Under the pieces are notes generated by a model. It ran no database searches, was not told the origin of the DNA, and saw only the letters and a program-made list of their open reading frames with translations. Both the position numbers and the translations under genes were made by a program. This document shows positions 36,972 to 49,492 of a DNA stretch of 64,000 nt, piece by piece; position 1 is the stretch's first letter, and every line of letters starts with the position of its first letter. This DNA comes from Octopus sinensis (Eukaryota), in assembly GCF_006345805.1 (NCBI RefSeq), contig NC_042998.1:163618001-163682000 (forward strand), in the 5' to 3' direction.

Positions 36972-37049
36972 TTAAACTAATACAACTGTTTGTTGTTTAT
37001 ACACCTGTCTTCACGTTTTGTTTTTCTGTAAATTTCAAATATATATCTC

Positions 37050-37160
<111 letters not shown>

Positions 37161-38133
37161 GCATGTATCTATCTTTGTGTCTGTGTTTGTTCCCTGTCAC
37201 TGCTTGACAACTAATGTTAGTGTGTTTATCTCCTCACCATTTAGCACTTTGACAAAAGAGACCGATTGAATAAATACCAGGCTTAACAAAAATTAGTACT
37301 GGACTGATTCATTTAACTAAAAATACTTCAAGGTGGTACCCCAGCATGACCACAGTATAATGACTGAAACAAGTAAAAAGATGAAAAAGGAAAAAGATAT
37401 CAATTACCATTTCTGCTTTTCACTGGCCTAACAACAAAAACACAACACATATGAAACATAATTACCACCCAACAATATAACACAATTCACTTGAGAATAT
37501 AGTACAAAAAAAAGTTTAAATGATTTAAGAACTATGATAAATTCTGTAATAAAGCAAAGCTGATATAGCATGCAAGCACAATTCTTTGTCTTGCAAAAAG
37601 ACAATGCTGCATACATCTCAGGAATATTGAAGTGCATCTGGTAGTGCAGTAGAAACCTTTATGGGTCTGTTAAAAACATGATGATCATAATACAAATAAT
37701 GGTGATAATTTTCATAGATATGCAGTCTGGGGGTTTTATAGAAGAAGAAAAGTATGATATTTATGTGATATCTGATATTCTTACCTTTTTTACATTTTCT
37801 TCTTTTGGTTTTTTGTTTTGTTTATTTTATTTATTTATTTATTTGAAGTTTTGGTAAGTAGTGAGAATATAGCAATAAATGTCAAAGGAAGTCTGCAAAG
37901 ATAGATCACTTATGATGGTATTTCCTACGAACAAGCTTAGAATACATGAAATGTAAAGGAAATGCCTGCAGAGGTTGACAAATCCTGTGAAGTGATATTG
38001 ATAGTACAGTGGATGCTAATTGCTCTCTTTGGCATGTAAGACCAGGTGGCAACTGTAGTAGAGTTCATGTAATTCCTACATGTATAAGTATATACGCTTG
38101 GATATACAAACATATACATAATAAAATTTTCAG

Positions 38134-38150
38134 GATCCGATGGAATCAAG
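38134..38150 (+). CDS. Candidate 17-nt micro-exon (DPMES-R)
   Basis: ttttcAG acceptor and AAG|GTATTT donor. Frame-compatible with the neighbouring candidate exons. Confidence 0.25.
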
Positions 38151-39518
38151 GTATTTAAATAACAAACGCACCAAGAAGGAGTCAGGGATAGTGTACTTGT
38201 GCACTGACAGTGGGTACAGACACTCATGTACTGACTAAAGTAAATATGGATTTGTCCTTCCAGTTATGCATATATTGAGCAAATACACAACATATACATA
38301 AAGTCACTCTAGATTATACTCCAGCACATGTTCCATCGTCCACTACAGATACAAGATCCAACACAGAGAAGGTTTCGGGTGTGGTGAAGTATAAATAATA
38401 ACACAGATGGGCTAAGGTTCTGTACATCTGTTTCAGACATGTTCTTTATTGATGAACACATGTAAAAAAAAAAAAACGTGTATCGGTCCTCTCATCTTGG
38501 TTCCAGTTTAGAGAGTATTTATACTGCATCAAACGTGTGTGTTTGTGGAAAGAGAGAGAAAGACTTAGCATCATAAGAAATTATAAACTCTTAAGAGAAA
38601 ATGAAATAATTCTGTTTATTTATATGCTTCAAAATCATGACCATCACATCCTATCTTGGACTACATTATCTGCATATCTTTCTTTCCATATAATAGCATA
38701 ATGAGTTTTAAGTGAGATTTCCTTACCATTTCTAGCAGGCTTAACAGGGTTATTAGAACATTGGGCAAAATGCTTTGCCGTGTTTATTCCAGCTGTCTGC
38801 ACTCTGAGTTCAAATTCTTCCAAGGTCAGTTTCACCTTTTGTACTTTCACAATTAGTAAATTAAAGTACAAGTTCCAGGACAGCAGGTTGGTGGAATTGT
38901 GAAAGTGTTGGATAAAATGCAATGCAGTATCAGTTGTGGCATTTTGCATTCTAAATTTTTCAATGCCAGACAAAATTCATTGCTCAGGGTATTTTCTGCA
39001 AAGTTCTGCTGTTGTAAGAATTTGAGCCACATCTCTAATTTACCCCCAGTCCCAGAGGCTCTGAAGAAGCACATGAGTACTACTCTTCCCTACTTGACTA
39101 AGTAGTGAAGATAACATAAAAAAAATAAAAAGTAAGCTCATGGTAACCTCACTAATGCTGGTGCTGGTGGCACAAAAAAAAAAGTACCCAGTATACACTT
39201 AGGTGGTTGGTGTTAGGAAGGGCATCCAGCCAACTGAAAGAAGCCTATTATATGAACCAAGCCAAAGCAGAAACTGGAGCACAATGTGATTCTTGGACCC
39301 ACTGGTTCCTTTCAAACCATCTAACCCATGCTAACATGGGGTGCAAATGTTAAATGAGAAGAAGCTGGGGATGGGGATGAAGAAGTGCTTCTACAAAGAC
39401 TTGTTGTCCAGCTTTTTAAACCCATCCCTGCCCAAAGCTGGATCACTGGAGGTTTTTTTTTTTTCACATTCTCCAGTTAAACGGTACTAATGTAACTCTC
39501 TTCATTTCTATGCTACAG

Positions 39519-39597
39519 ACACAACGCAACATTGACATTCAGACACGAACCATCTTCAGTCAGAAGATTGACACCAGGTCAACTCAACAGACTGTAA
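39519..39597 (+). CDS. Candidate terminal exon (HNATLTFRHEPSSVRRLTPGQLNRL-stop) followed by a 3'UTR-like region to about 40500
   Basis: Branch point TACTAAT at 39485-39491, pyrimidine tract, tacAG at 39517-39518. About 900 bp of U-rich, largely non-repetitive sequence with AATAAA motifs follows. Confidence 0.3.
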
Positions 39598-40774
39598 CAC
39601 ACTTCCTTTCAAGAAAATGAACTATGGCAAATACACTTAATTAAGAATTCTGTCTTTGATACTTCAATATCTTTTAGTTTGCTTCTTTAATGGAATGTTT
39701 TTAATTTTTTATTATCATTATTATTATTGTTATTATTATTACTATTATTTTGATTAGTGGGGTGGTCTTATAGCTTCTTGTACGCCTACATCGTGGGAAA
39801 GTAATATTTTATAGATAGCAAAAGACATTTTAAAACTGTATATGACAGAACTAAATTTAATGCAGTTTGTTTCTTTTCTTTCCTTCTTTTCTTTTGGATG
39901 TGTGTGTGTGAGGGTGCCTTTATGTGTATTTTATTGAGAGTTCCAAGTGTCTGTTAATTGCATTGCTTTATTAAACTTTATGTAATATAGACATCTAGCT
40001 ACTTCAGTCATTTTCAAGTTTTGTTTGTTTCCTTTCTGCTTTTTGTTTGTTGTTTTCAAACAGCATCTGCATCCTTACATCTTGATGAAACTTCTAAAGT
40101 GTCCTTACAGTTTGAAATTGTCTCTTCTTGGGTGCTAAATTCTATTAAGTTGTCAGTAACTAGTCTCTTTCATTGATATTAAGGAGCAACATGAAGCTAA
40201 TATCATCTAAAATTTCTTCAATTTATTTTCATTTTGAATTACCTTTTTTTCTGTTTTTGCTTTTTGATTTTCAAGTATTGCAACCACATGTCTCCAACTG
40301 TGTTGCAGTAAAAATAAAAAAAAATGATGATAATTAAATAAAAGAAAATTTATAAAATACATTAACAAAAATAAATAATTGTAAAAATAAGAACCCATTA
40401 AATTAAAAAGCAGCATTTTATTTTTTTATATTTTTTGTAATTTACATGAAATATAAGCTACATTTCACTCAATAATTTTTTTCTTTTCTTTTATGCTATA
40501 AAATGTGACATTTGCTATAAGCATGTATTCAGTTCCTTTCCTCCAAATATTCAAAGGGGTAATATACAATTACCAAGCTCATGAGTTCAAGTGTTAGAGT
40601 ATTTCATATTAAACTAATCTTTCAAATGGAATCAAAACATCTTGCTTCCAAACCACATGGTTCCGGGTTCAGTCTCACTGCATGGCACCTTGAGCAAATG
40701 TCTTCTACTATAGCCTTGGACTGACCAAAGCCTTGTGAGTGGATTTGGTAGACAGAAACTGAAAGAAGCCCATC

Positions 40775-40812
<38 letters not shown>

Positions 40813-41001
40813 ATATATCTATGTGTGCTTGTGTTTGCCCCCATCACCACTTGACAACTGGTGCTGGTGTTTACGTCCCCATAACTTAGCAGTTCAGCAA
40901 AAAAGACCAATAAAAAAAATCCTAGGATCAATTTATTCAACTAAAAATCCTTCAAGGCAGTGCTCCAGCATGGCTAAAGTCAAATGACTGAAACAAATAA
41001 A

Positions 41002-41042
<41 letters not shown>

Positions 41043-41418
41043 CTATTTAGATATATATATTCATATATGTGTGTGTGTATTGAACTTTTACAAGCAAAAG
41101 CTTAATAAACATGTATTGTACTAAAAGTGTTGAGCAATGTTTCAGTTTAATGTTAAATTGTTTTCATACAGAAAGACATAAAAACAAACACACACACACA
41201 CATACTGTCAGTAAATTATAAGTCTGAAACAGAAGCACACTTTAAGTTATAGAGCAGCAGAGTATATAGATAAAGAAAGATATGGTCAGTCTGTAGGGTT
41301 ACCCTGGGTTTCATATCCATAAAGCATTTAACTTTACAGCGTTTTTTCTGACCCTAAACCTATTGGCCATATCTATCTTTATTATCTATCTATCAATCAT
41401 ATATATATATATGTTCGT

Positions 41419-41785
41419 CCAAGGCTGGGACCACGGGCCATATATCCCCTGCCCAATTCAGGATCACAGCATATAGGTACACTGCAACATAATTTCTTTT
41501 CCTCAACAGGCCCTGCCCTGTTTAACATTGTCCCTAAAAAGATCAAAGAGGAAAAGGATCCCATCAACTTTAAATGGAGTCTCGACAGATTTCTTCAAGG
41601 AATACCAGATAAGCCACCCATACCTGGATACAACTCACTCAACAAGAACTCACTACTTGAATGGACCATAAACAAAACTTGACTTAAACAGGATTTAGAT
41701 AATCCTATCAGGTGGTGCTATTAAGTTAGACATGGTCTGGACCAATCTTTGGTCAAAACATATCTAAGTTTATCTAAGTCTAAGT
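41419..41785 (+). mobile_element. 5'-truncated LINE (CR1/L2-like): open ORF2 C-terminus and (tctaagt)n-like tail
   Basis: Open frame 41419-41682: PRLGPRAIYPLPNSGSQHIGTLQHNFFSSTGPALFNIVPKKIKEEKDPINFKWSLDRFLQGIPDKPPIPGYNSLNKNSLLEWTINKT*. Confidence 0.85.
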
Positions 41786-42041
41786 TTATATCTAAAATAA
41801 TAAGGGTGAAAAAATTGAATATTAATTTGATTAATATCAATTTAAAACCAGTGGTCAAGCATACAGAAAAATCTGAAGATTCAGAAAAATTATATTACAT
41901 ACATATAAGAGTGGTCATCCCTCTTATATATATATGTGATATATATAGTTAATCCAAACATGAAAACACCAAGAGAAAACACAGAGGACATGGAACAAAT
42001 ATAGTATTATTGAACGCTCAGGAAGGAAGGGAAGAAGGAGG

Positions 42042-42076
42042 GTTTTATGTTTCGAGTGGAGCTCTTCGCCAGAAAC
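42042..42076 (-). ncRNA. Minimal hammerhead ribozyme motif (mutated core)
   Basis: Minus strand: gttt-CTGGCGA-A-GAG-CTCCA-CTC-GAAAC-ATA-aaac. Confidence 0.55.
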
Positions 42077-42356
42077 ATAGGAAAAGGAAAGATCCAGAGA
42101 AGGGAAGACAGAGGAAATATATATTCTGCCATTTGTGTGTCAATGTGTGTGTAAATTAGAAGTTGAAGAAATGAGGATTGATAAAAAATATATAACTATC
42201 AGGCTGAAATATGTTCTGGAGTCAATAATTTTGAGCATAACCCTTAAAGGCAGAGCCCCCAGCATGGCCACAGTTGGATGATGGAATTCAGTAAAAGAAG
42301 ATATGTATACATTTATATACAGTAAAGGGACATTGCTCATTTATGCATGTATAAGT

Positions 42357-42680
42357 GGAGGCTCATGGCTCAGTGGTTAGAGCATCAGGTTTACAATCAT
42401 GAGGGAGTGAGTTCAATTCCTGGACCAGGCTGTGTGTTGTGTTCTTGAACAAAACACTTTATTTCACATTGATCCAGTTCGCTCACCTTTAGAAATAAGT
42501 TGCAATGTCACTGGTTCCAAGTTGTATTAGCCTTTGCCTTTCCCTTGGATAACATTGTTTGTGTGGAGAGGAGTAGCTGGTATGCATGGGCAACTGCTAG
42601 TCTTCCATAAACAACCTTGCCCAGACTTTTGTCTCAGAGGGTAACTTTCTAGGTGCAATCGAAAGGGATCTTTATCCTTT
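42357..42680 (+). mobile_element. tRNA-derived SINE family C
   Basis: tggctcagtggttagagc (A box) and gagttcaattcc (B box), followed by ctttatttcacattg body. Related copies at about 2672-2985 and 63192-63450 (+); 16650-16918 and 63690-63925 (-). Confidence 0.75.
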
Positions 42681-44009
42681 GTAATGAGAGAAAGGGAGAG
42701 ATACAAAGTGTTGGTTAAAATGTCTTGCAGTAATATTCCAGTTCCGTGTGACCTGAGTTGAATGTCTGCTGGGGTTAACTTTTACTTTTTGTCATTCCAT
42801 GGTCAATAAGTAAAATATTAATCTAGAGCAATGGACCAGTGAAATTGTTAGAGCATTAGATGGAGTGTCTTGCAGTATTTGTTGCAGCTTTTTGTTGTTC
42901 TGTGTTTAATTGCCATCATAGCCTACTTAGTCAGTGGATTTGATTCATCACCTTGCTTAACACCACCAACTAATTCCAGTATTCTTGAGACTCATTAGAG
43001 ATCATGCATTTTTTACCTTTGCATGGTAAGAGATTTCTGGCCAATCAGTGTCTTCCTTCATCACTCAGCCAAAGAACAAAACAAAAAACCCAACTGTGAC
43101 TAATGTAAAAGAATGAACTAAAGCAGATACAGGACTAGGTACTGCTGTGGTAGCCAGTAACCAATTTGTGAACAGAATTTGAGATCTCTTTGACTTACTT
43201 CCTCTTTTGAAGTTCATAAAGACAATTTTATTTATTAATGAACCTTTGCAGGTGTCATTGTAATTTGGTTGAAGTCTAGTGATTGAGCACAGGCATGGGT
43301 GTGGTTAAGAAGATCACTTTGTAATCACATGGTTTCAGGTTCAATTCCACTGCACATGTGGCACCTTGGACATGTTTTTTTTCTACTATAGTCTCAGTTT
43401 CATCAATGCCTTGTGAATGAATATGATAGACAGAAAGTGTGTGTGGAAGCCCATTGCACGTGTGTGTATATGTACCCACCATCACTTGGCAACCAGTGTT
43501 GTTTTGTTTACATCTATAACTTAGCAGTTCAGCAAAAGAGAGTGACAGAACAAGTGCCAAATTTAAGATAAGTACTGGTGTTGATTTATTTGACTAAATC
43601 GTTCAAAGCAGTGCTCCAGCATGGCTGCAGTCCAATGACTAAAACAGACTTCTTCCAACATCTTCCTCAGTCTTGCTCTTCACCAAGTTCTGGTGTCTCT
43701 TTCCTCTTAGATAACTTCGCATTTCTTCACAAAACCGTCACCCTTCATACAGATATCTTTGACATTTTTTTTCCAGGAAAATAGTTTTGATTTCCGCAGT
43801 CTCAGTTAAGAACCAAACATTCAGATTCACAGACAGGATGATACGGGATGGGGGCGGGGAGTGAGGAGGAAACAGCAGCCAATGGTTGTTAGTAAAGTTT
43901 GTACTCTCTCTGATAAAATCATTAGTCTTGCACCTTATGCCCGAACTTTTGTGCAAACAACAGACATGAACAAATTGTCTAAAACTTTTCTGTTAACCTT
44001 ACATTTTTA

Positions 44010-44540
44010 TAGGCGTAGGGGTGGCTGTGTGGTAAGTAGCTTGTTTACGAACCACATGGTTCCAGGTTCAGTCCCACTGCGTGGCACCTTTGGCAAGTGT
44101 CTTCTACTATAGCCTCGGGTCGACCAAAGCCTTGGGAGTGGATTTGGTAGATGGAAACTGAAAGTATGTAAAAAGCACCCATACCAGTGCTGTGTCAAAG
44201 CACCCAGTACATTCTGTAAAGTGGCTGGAGTTAGGAAGGACATTTGGCCATAGAAACCTTGTCTTCAGCTGGCCAGCTTCTGTCTTTCCATCCAATCCAT
44301 GCCAGCATGGAAAATGGACATTAAATGATGATGATGATATATGTGTGTGGGTGTTTGTGTTTGTCTTCTACCACTGCTTGACAGCTGGTGTTGGTGTGTT
44401 TATGTCCCCCATAACTTAGCAGTTCGGCAAAAGTGACTGACAGGATAAGTACCAGGCTTTAAAAAAATAAATAAATGTATACTTGGGTAGTTTCAAGGTG
44501 GCGCCCCAGCATGGCAAGAGTCTAATGACTGATACAAGTA
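44010..44540 (+). mobile_element. tRNA-derived SINE family A (dominant), interrupted by a family D fragment
   Basis: Head ggcgtaggggtggctgtgtggtaag...ggttcagtcc (A/B-box-like), central microsatellite, tail ggcgccccagcatggc...tgactgatac. Further copies at about 24770-25165, 36490-37385, 40640-41000, 43290-43650, 48440-48775 and 60105-60545 (+); and 15425-15610, 31060-31310/32020-32140, 54725-54960/55945-56110, 59405-59645 and 61080-61290/63010-63120 (-). Confidence 0.85.
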
Positions 44541-45060
44541 AAAGAAAGATAAATGATAAATTAGAAAATAAAACAGAAAATATAGAAAAGTAGACTGACT
44601 CGTAGTTTTGTAATCAAATGTGGCCCAGCTCCTATTTTAGCTTTGCACATGTTATCACCATACACACACATGTTACTGCACATGTGGTTAATGGTTCAGT
44701 ATAACAACACTTTCCCCGTAACCACAACAGCAAATGTACACATGTGTATATGTAACCACACGTGTGCTAGAAAGCAGACCAGTTTAGGACATGCTCAGAG
44801 GTGGAAGTGATGCTTACTCTGTCTAATTTAAAATGAAGCAGTATTATAGATTGGAAGAAGAGAAGAAGCTAGCCAGCCAAAGAAGGCAGTTGATATAATA
44901 ATGTACACCACTGAGAGATGATTATTTCAGATTTAATCAATAAATATTTATTTAAGATGTATTTGTATTGATAATCTATTTAAAACTCTGAGGTTTGTTG
45001 ACAGATACTCCTGTCTGTGTTTGTACTGTGTATGGGTTTTTCTATATACTTGTACATAAA

Positions 45061-45109
<49 letters not shown>

Positions 45110-45906
45110 ATGTGTGTATTTTATACGTATGTGTGTGTGTGTATAATTACACATTCATGCACATATGTATAAGCATGTTTATGCTTATTTACATGTACAT
45201 ATATATTCTATATATTTAGTCATATGTATAGATGTGTGAGTCCGTGTACATTTCATTTGTATACACACACACACCACACACAAACACACATGCATGCACT
45301 CGTGTATATAACTTTATAGTTTCTTCACAAATTCTCGCATCTGTAGTTTGTTTGTGTATTGATAATCCATTTAAAACAGTATGGTTTATTGTATCTAGTT
45401 TGAAAACATCTGTACATATATGTATTTATTTTATATGTGCATTTGCTAATTTTGTGTGTGTGTTTGTGTATATTTGCATATGTTTGTATATGACTAGTTT
45501 ACTTTACAAATGTATATGATGCTTTTTTGTTGTTGTTTTTTTTTTATATATAGTGGACTATGTAGATGTGTTTCGACTGGTTTTATATGTAAGTGAATGT
45601 GTATATCTGAAATTGTTACGTATATACATACATTTTTGTGTATGTACTTCATCTCTTGCACAAATAGATATAGATTTTTGTATACTAGCATTTCTCATGG
45701 ACTCATATTCTCTCTCTATTGTGCACACACACATGCACACAACCTCAAACACTCTCATTGCACATGTTCTAACATATGTGTCTGAAGGAGTGAGTACGTA
45801 TGTGCATAAGTATACAAAGCACAGTGTACACATATGAATAGATATCTATACATATGTGTATTGTGTATGTGTATCTATACATACATGTATGTATATACAT
45901 ACATAA

Positions 45907-45961
<55 letters not shown>

Positions 45962-46117
45962 TATGTGTACATGTATATGTATATATATATATATATACAC
46001 ACACATACATATATATATATATATGTACACACACACACACATATATGTCTGTGTATATGTGTATTTGCATGTGCATATATAGATATGTATTTAAATGTAT
46101 GTGAATATACATTCAGT

Positions 46118-46165
<48 letters not shown>

Positions 46166-48924
46166 CATACAAGCACACACATATATACATACGTGCATAC
46201 ATTGAAAAGAACTATGTGTGAGTACATGTATGTTAAAGCTAACTTGGTTTTGTTGGCACCAGTCCAACAATGTGTACACTTTCACAAACATGTTATCATA
46301 GACATTGACATCAGCAGTGCAGGGTAGAGAATATAATGTGGTAATATGGTTTATGTCTGGCACACAAGGACCAGAGAAAGTAAGCACCGAGGAATAACAG
46401 AGTCTACTATGGCTTTTTCTATCACATCTGGATTAAAGAATTGCTTGGTAGCAACAAACCCAAGAGACTGATAAACAAGCTGTCAGTGCCCTCATTTTTT
46501 TTTTCTGGCCCAAGGTAGTAAACTGTGTAGAGGTAGATGGTGGTATATGGAGGCATTAGCGATGGGATTGGGGAAGTACCTCTGCATTTGTTAGTGCAAT
46601 GGTTTGTCTTGTTGTCTTGCAAACATTTATATTGGGTTCATATTGAATAGTAGATTGCTCAGAATTTAAAAAAAAAGAAAAATAATCTCAAATTTCTCAC
46701 TGCCTTGTAGTTATATTGTCTTTTACATACATTCATATGCATACATATATATATATATACATATACATATATATGTATTTATTTTATATATATATGTATA
46801 TGTTTGTTCTTAACACCATGGTATTGATGCTGTAGAATGTGTAATTGCAGCCATTAGAGCAGATGCTACCGATAATGATAATTGAAAATAACGACAAACT
46901 GTTTCTCTTATTGATATTGCCTTTCATTTATCTCATATATTCTCATATGTGGATCTAATTTTTATGAAAAACAAAACCAAAAGTCACAGTGGCAACAGCA
47001 ATAGCAGCAGCAGCAGCAACAACAACAACAATTACAAAACTAAAAACAAGAAAGAGGAGATAAAATACTAAAATAAAAGCAAGAAAAACAAAAATCTATA
47101 TATTATCTTTGATTATACTATGGCATATCATTTGTTTTGTTTTTTGTTTTTGTTTTGTTTTTTGGCGGTGTGTTTTTATTTTTTGAGTTTTTTTTTTCTC
47201 CTCTCCATATATCTGCTTTATCTTAGTGGGGGGTCTGCATGCAATGAAGGCAAACAGATTAGGCAGAATCTTCTTTGGAGGATGTTTGTTGTCTATTGGT
47301 GCCTGCTGTTTGGTAGATGTTGTGTTGTATCAAACTGTCTCATAGGACAGGATAGGATATCTATTTGGTGAGCAAAACAGAAGAATTTTATATGATTCCT
47401 ACTCTCATTTTATTTTTCTTCTGAAGTTGTTTGGAATAGATCTGGTGGGAAGAGGAGAATTTCAGTCTTTTTATTTAGCTTTTATTTATTTATTTATTTA
47501 TTTATTGTAAAGAATAGTCTTTTGGTATTAGAAAAACTCACTTTTGCAGGTGGAGGCCAAAAGTTAGAAATCTATGAATATTGGTGATTATCTGCCCTGG
47601 GATATTTTTGGAGCAGGACATATTTATGGATTCAGGCCTGACTGTGTTGTTAAAATGTTTGCTTTAGAACTGTGTGCTTTTGGATTTGATCTCACTATAC
47701 AACACCTTTGGGATGTGTCTTCTACTATACATTCAGGCCACCCAAAGCCTTGTGAATGAAATCTTGTAAAAGGGTGATTCAGAGGGAAGCTGTCTGAGGA
47801 ACCTTTTCTATTCTTGGGTGGCAGATTTAATATGTCACACACTTTTATTAATGCTACCACTGCTACTAGACCCTTGGAGACTTTTAGCAGACTTCACTCC
47901 ACCCTTCCGCTAATCCATCTCTTAGGTACTTGAAATGATCATAAGCACCATCTTTACTCCTTTGATTAAGGTATTAAGCAAAAAATATCTAGAAATAAAT
48001 TTAAATGAACTATTGCTAAAGTGTAATTTTCTTAATTATTTTCAATATAGAGTTGTTGAATGTCAGAAAATACTTGGTAGTGTTTAGTTTCTATCTTTTT
48101 ATATTGTGTTCAATCTCACCAAAGTTACCTTTAACTGTCAACCCTTCAGATTTGATAATTTGAATGCTATTCACATATGAGAGCTGATTCAATCAGTTTA
48201 CTAGCACTCCCACCAAAAGAAGTTTAAAGTTGTTTTTTGTTTTTTTAAATGACTGCAGTTTTGTAAGGCTTTCCAATAACAGTTTATCTTTTGCTTAAAT
48301 CTGCAAAGCAACCGTTTTTCATTGTTTAGAAAAGTATTCAGTAACCCACAGACTTCAGTATAGTCTGTATCCAAGTCTCTGCCCTTAAATAAAGGGGTTT
48401 GCTTTATAGCAGAATAGAAAAGTGCCAGATTACCTTCACTGGAAATCTGCTTGTGGCTATGTGCTAAGAAGCTTGCTTCCCAACCACATGGTTACAGTTC
48501 AAGCCAATCAAAGCCTTGTGAATAGATTTGGTGGATGGAAACTGAAAGAAGCCCATTGTATATGTATGTGTGTGTCTTTGTGTCAGTGCTTGTCCCCACC
48601 CACATTGCTTGACAACCAGTGCTGGTGTGTTTACGTCTCCATAACTTAGCAGTTCAGCAAAAGAGACTGGTAGAATAAGTACCAGGTTCAGCACATTCAA
48701 CTAAGAGTTCTTCAAAGCAGTGCCCCAGCATGGCTGCAGTCTAATGACTGAAACAAGTAAAAGATAAAAGCAAAAGATACGGGGTATCTATAGGTTCAAG
48801 GACTGTTGGTACTAATAATATAAGTAAAGGTGGGGCTGATTTTCTAATGACTTGATTATATAAGCCTAGATCATAACAGGTAGGATGGTATTTTGATAAT
48901 GATAGTGATAAATTACTTGATTAA

Positions 48925-49492
48925 CCCTTTCGTTACCATATCTCTTTTGAAACACACTGTCTTCATTTCAATTCATTTTGAAAATAATGAAGAACTAGCA
49001 GTATCGCCAGGCATTGCTTGGGTTCGTTTCGACTCTTTAGAATTGGAATTTTTGAAAAGTAAAAATATTGCATTATGTAGCTTGTTATTCTCTTTAAGTG
49101 AACATTTTTCTGGTTGAAATACACCGAAAAATAGCGACACAGCAGTCAAAAAATCGTAAAAAATAGGGATTTTCATAGAAAAAAAAGCACCTTTTTGATG
49201 TAAATAATTTTTGATGTTAACACGGTCCGATTTAAATTTTTCTTCTATGGAAGGAAGAGTAAGTCTTCTTCTATCATACTCTCAATTTTGGTCGACTTGT
49301 GCCGCAGGGTCTCTGAGGAGATAGTGTTAGTTGAAGGCTACCAAACCTGCCATACACAGACAACTTAGGATGGTGTTAGGAACAGAAGTTACCATAAAAT
49401 TTTGCTTGAAGTTTTTAATTCAGATCATTCTAAAACAGGGAGATTATATCATAAAACCAAGGATGGTCTCAGGTAGTTTTGTATTGAAAGGG
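48925..49492. mobile_element. piggyBac-type MITE family 2 (opposite orientation) with a nested Helitron-like fragment at about 48995-49365
   Basis: TTAA-ccctttcgttac start and gaaaggg end. Flanking parts match the reverse complement of 36752-36971. The insert begins ctagcagtatcgccaggcattgcttggg, a Helitron-type 3' end on the minus strand. Confidence 0.7.

Noticed and set aside
38465-38505. Minus-strand aagatg-agaggacc-gatacacgt, faintly hammerhead-like
   Set aside because: Both the core and the GAAA segment are mutated; indistinguishable from chance.
42357-42430. tRNA-like sequences (also 44013-44090 and other SINE heads)
   Set aside because: A and B boxes are present, but there is no pairable acceptor stem or full cloverleaf, and each continues into a SINE body.
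43700-43865. Several strong-looking acceptors followed by short open frames
   Set aside because: Mutually inconsistent candidates with no phase-compatible partners or recognisable peptide.
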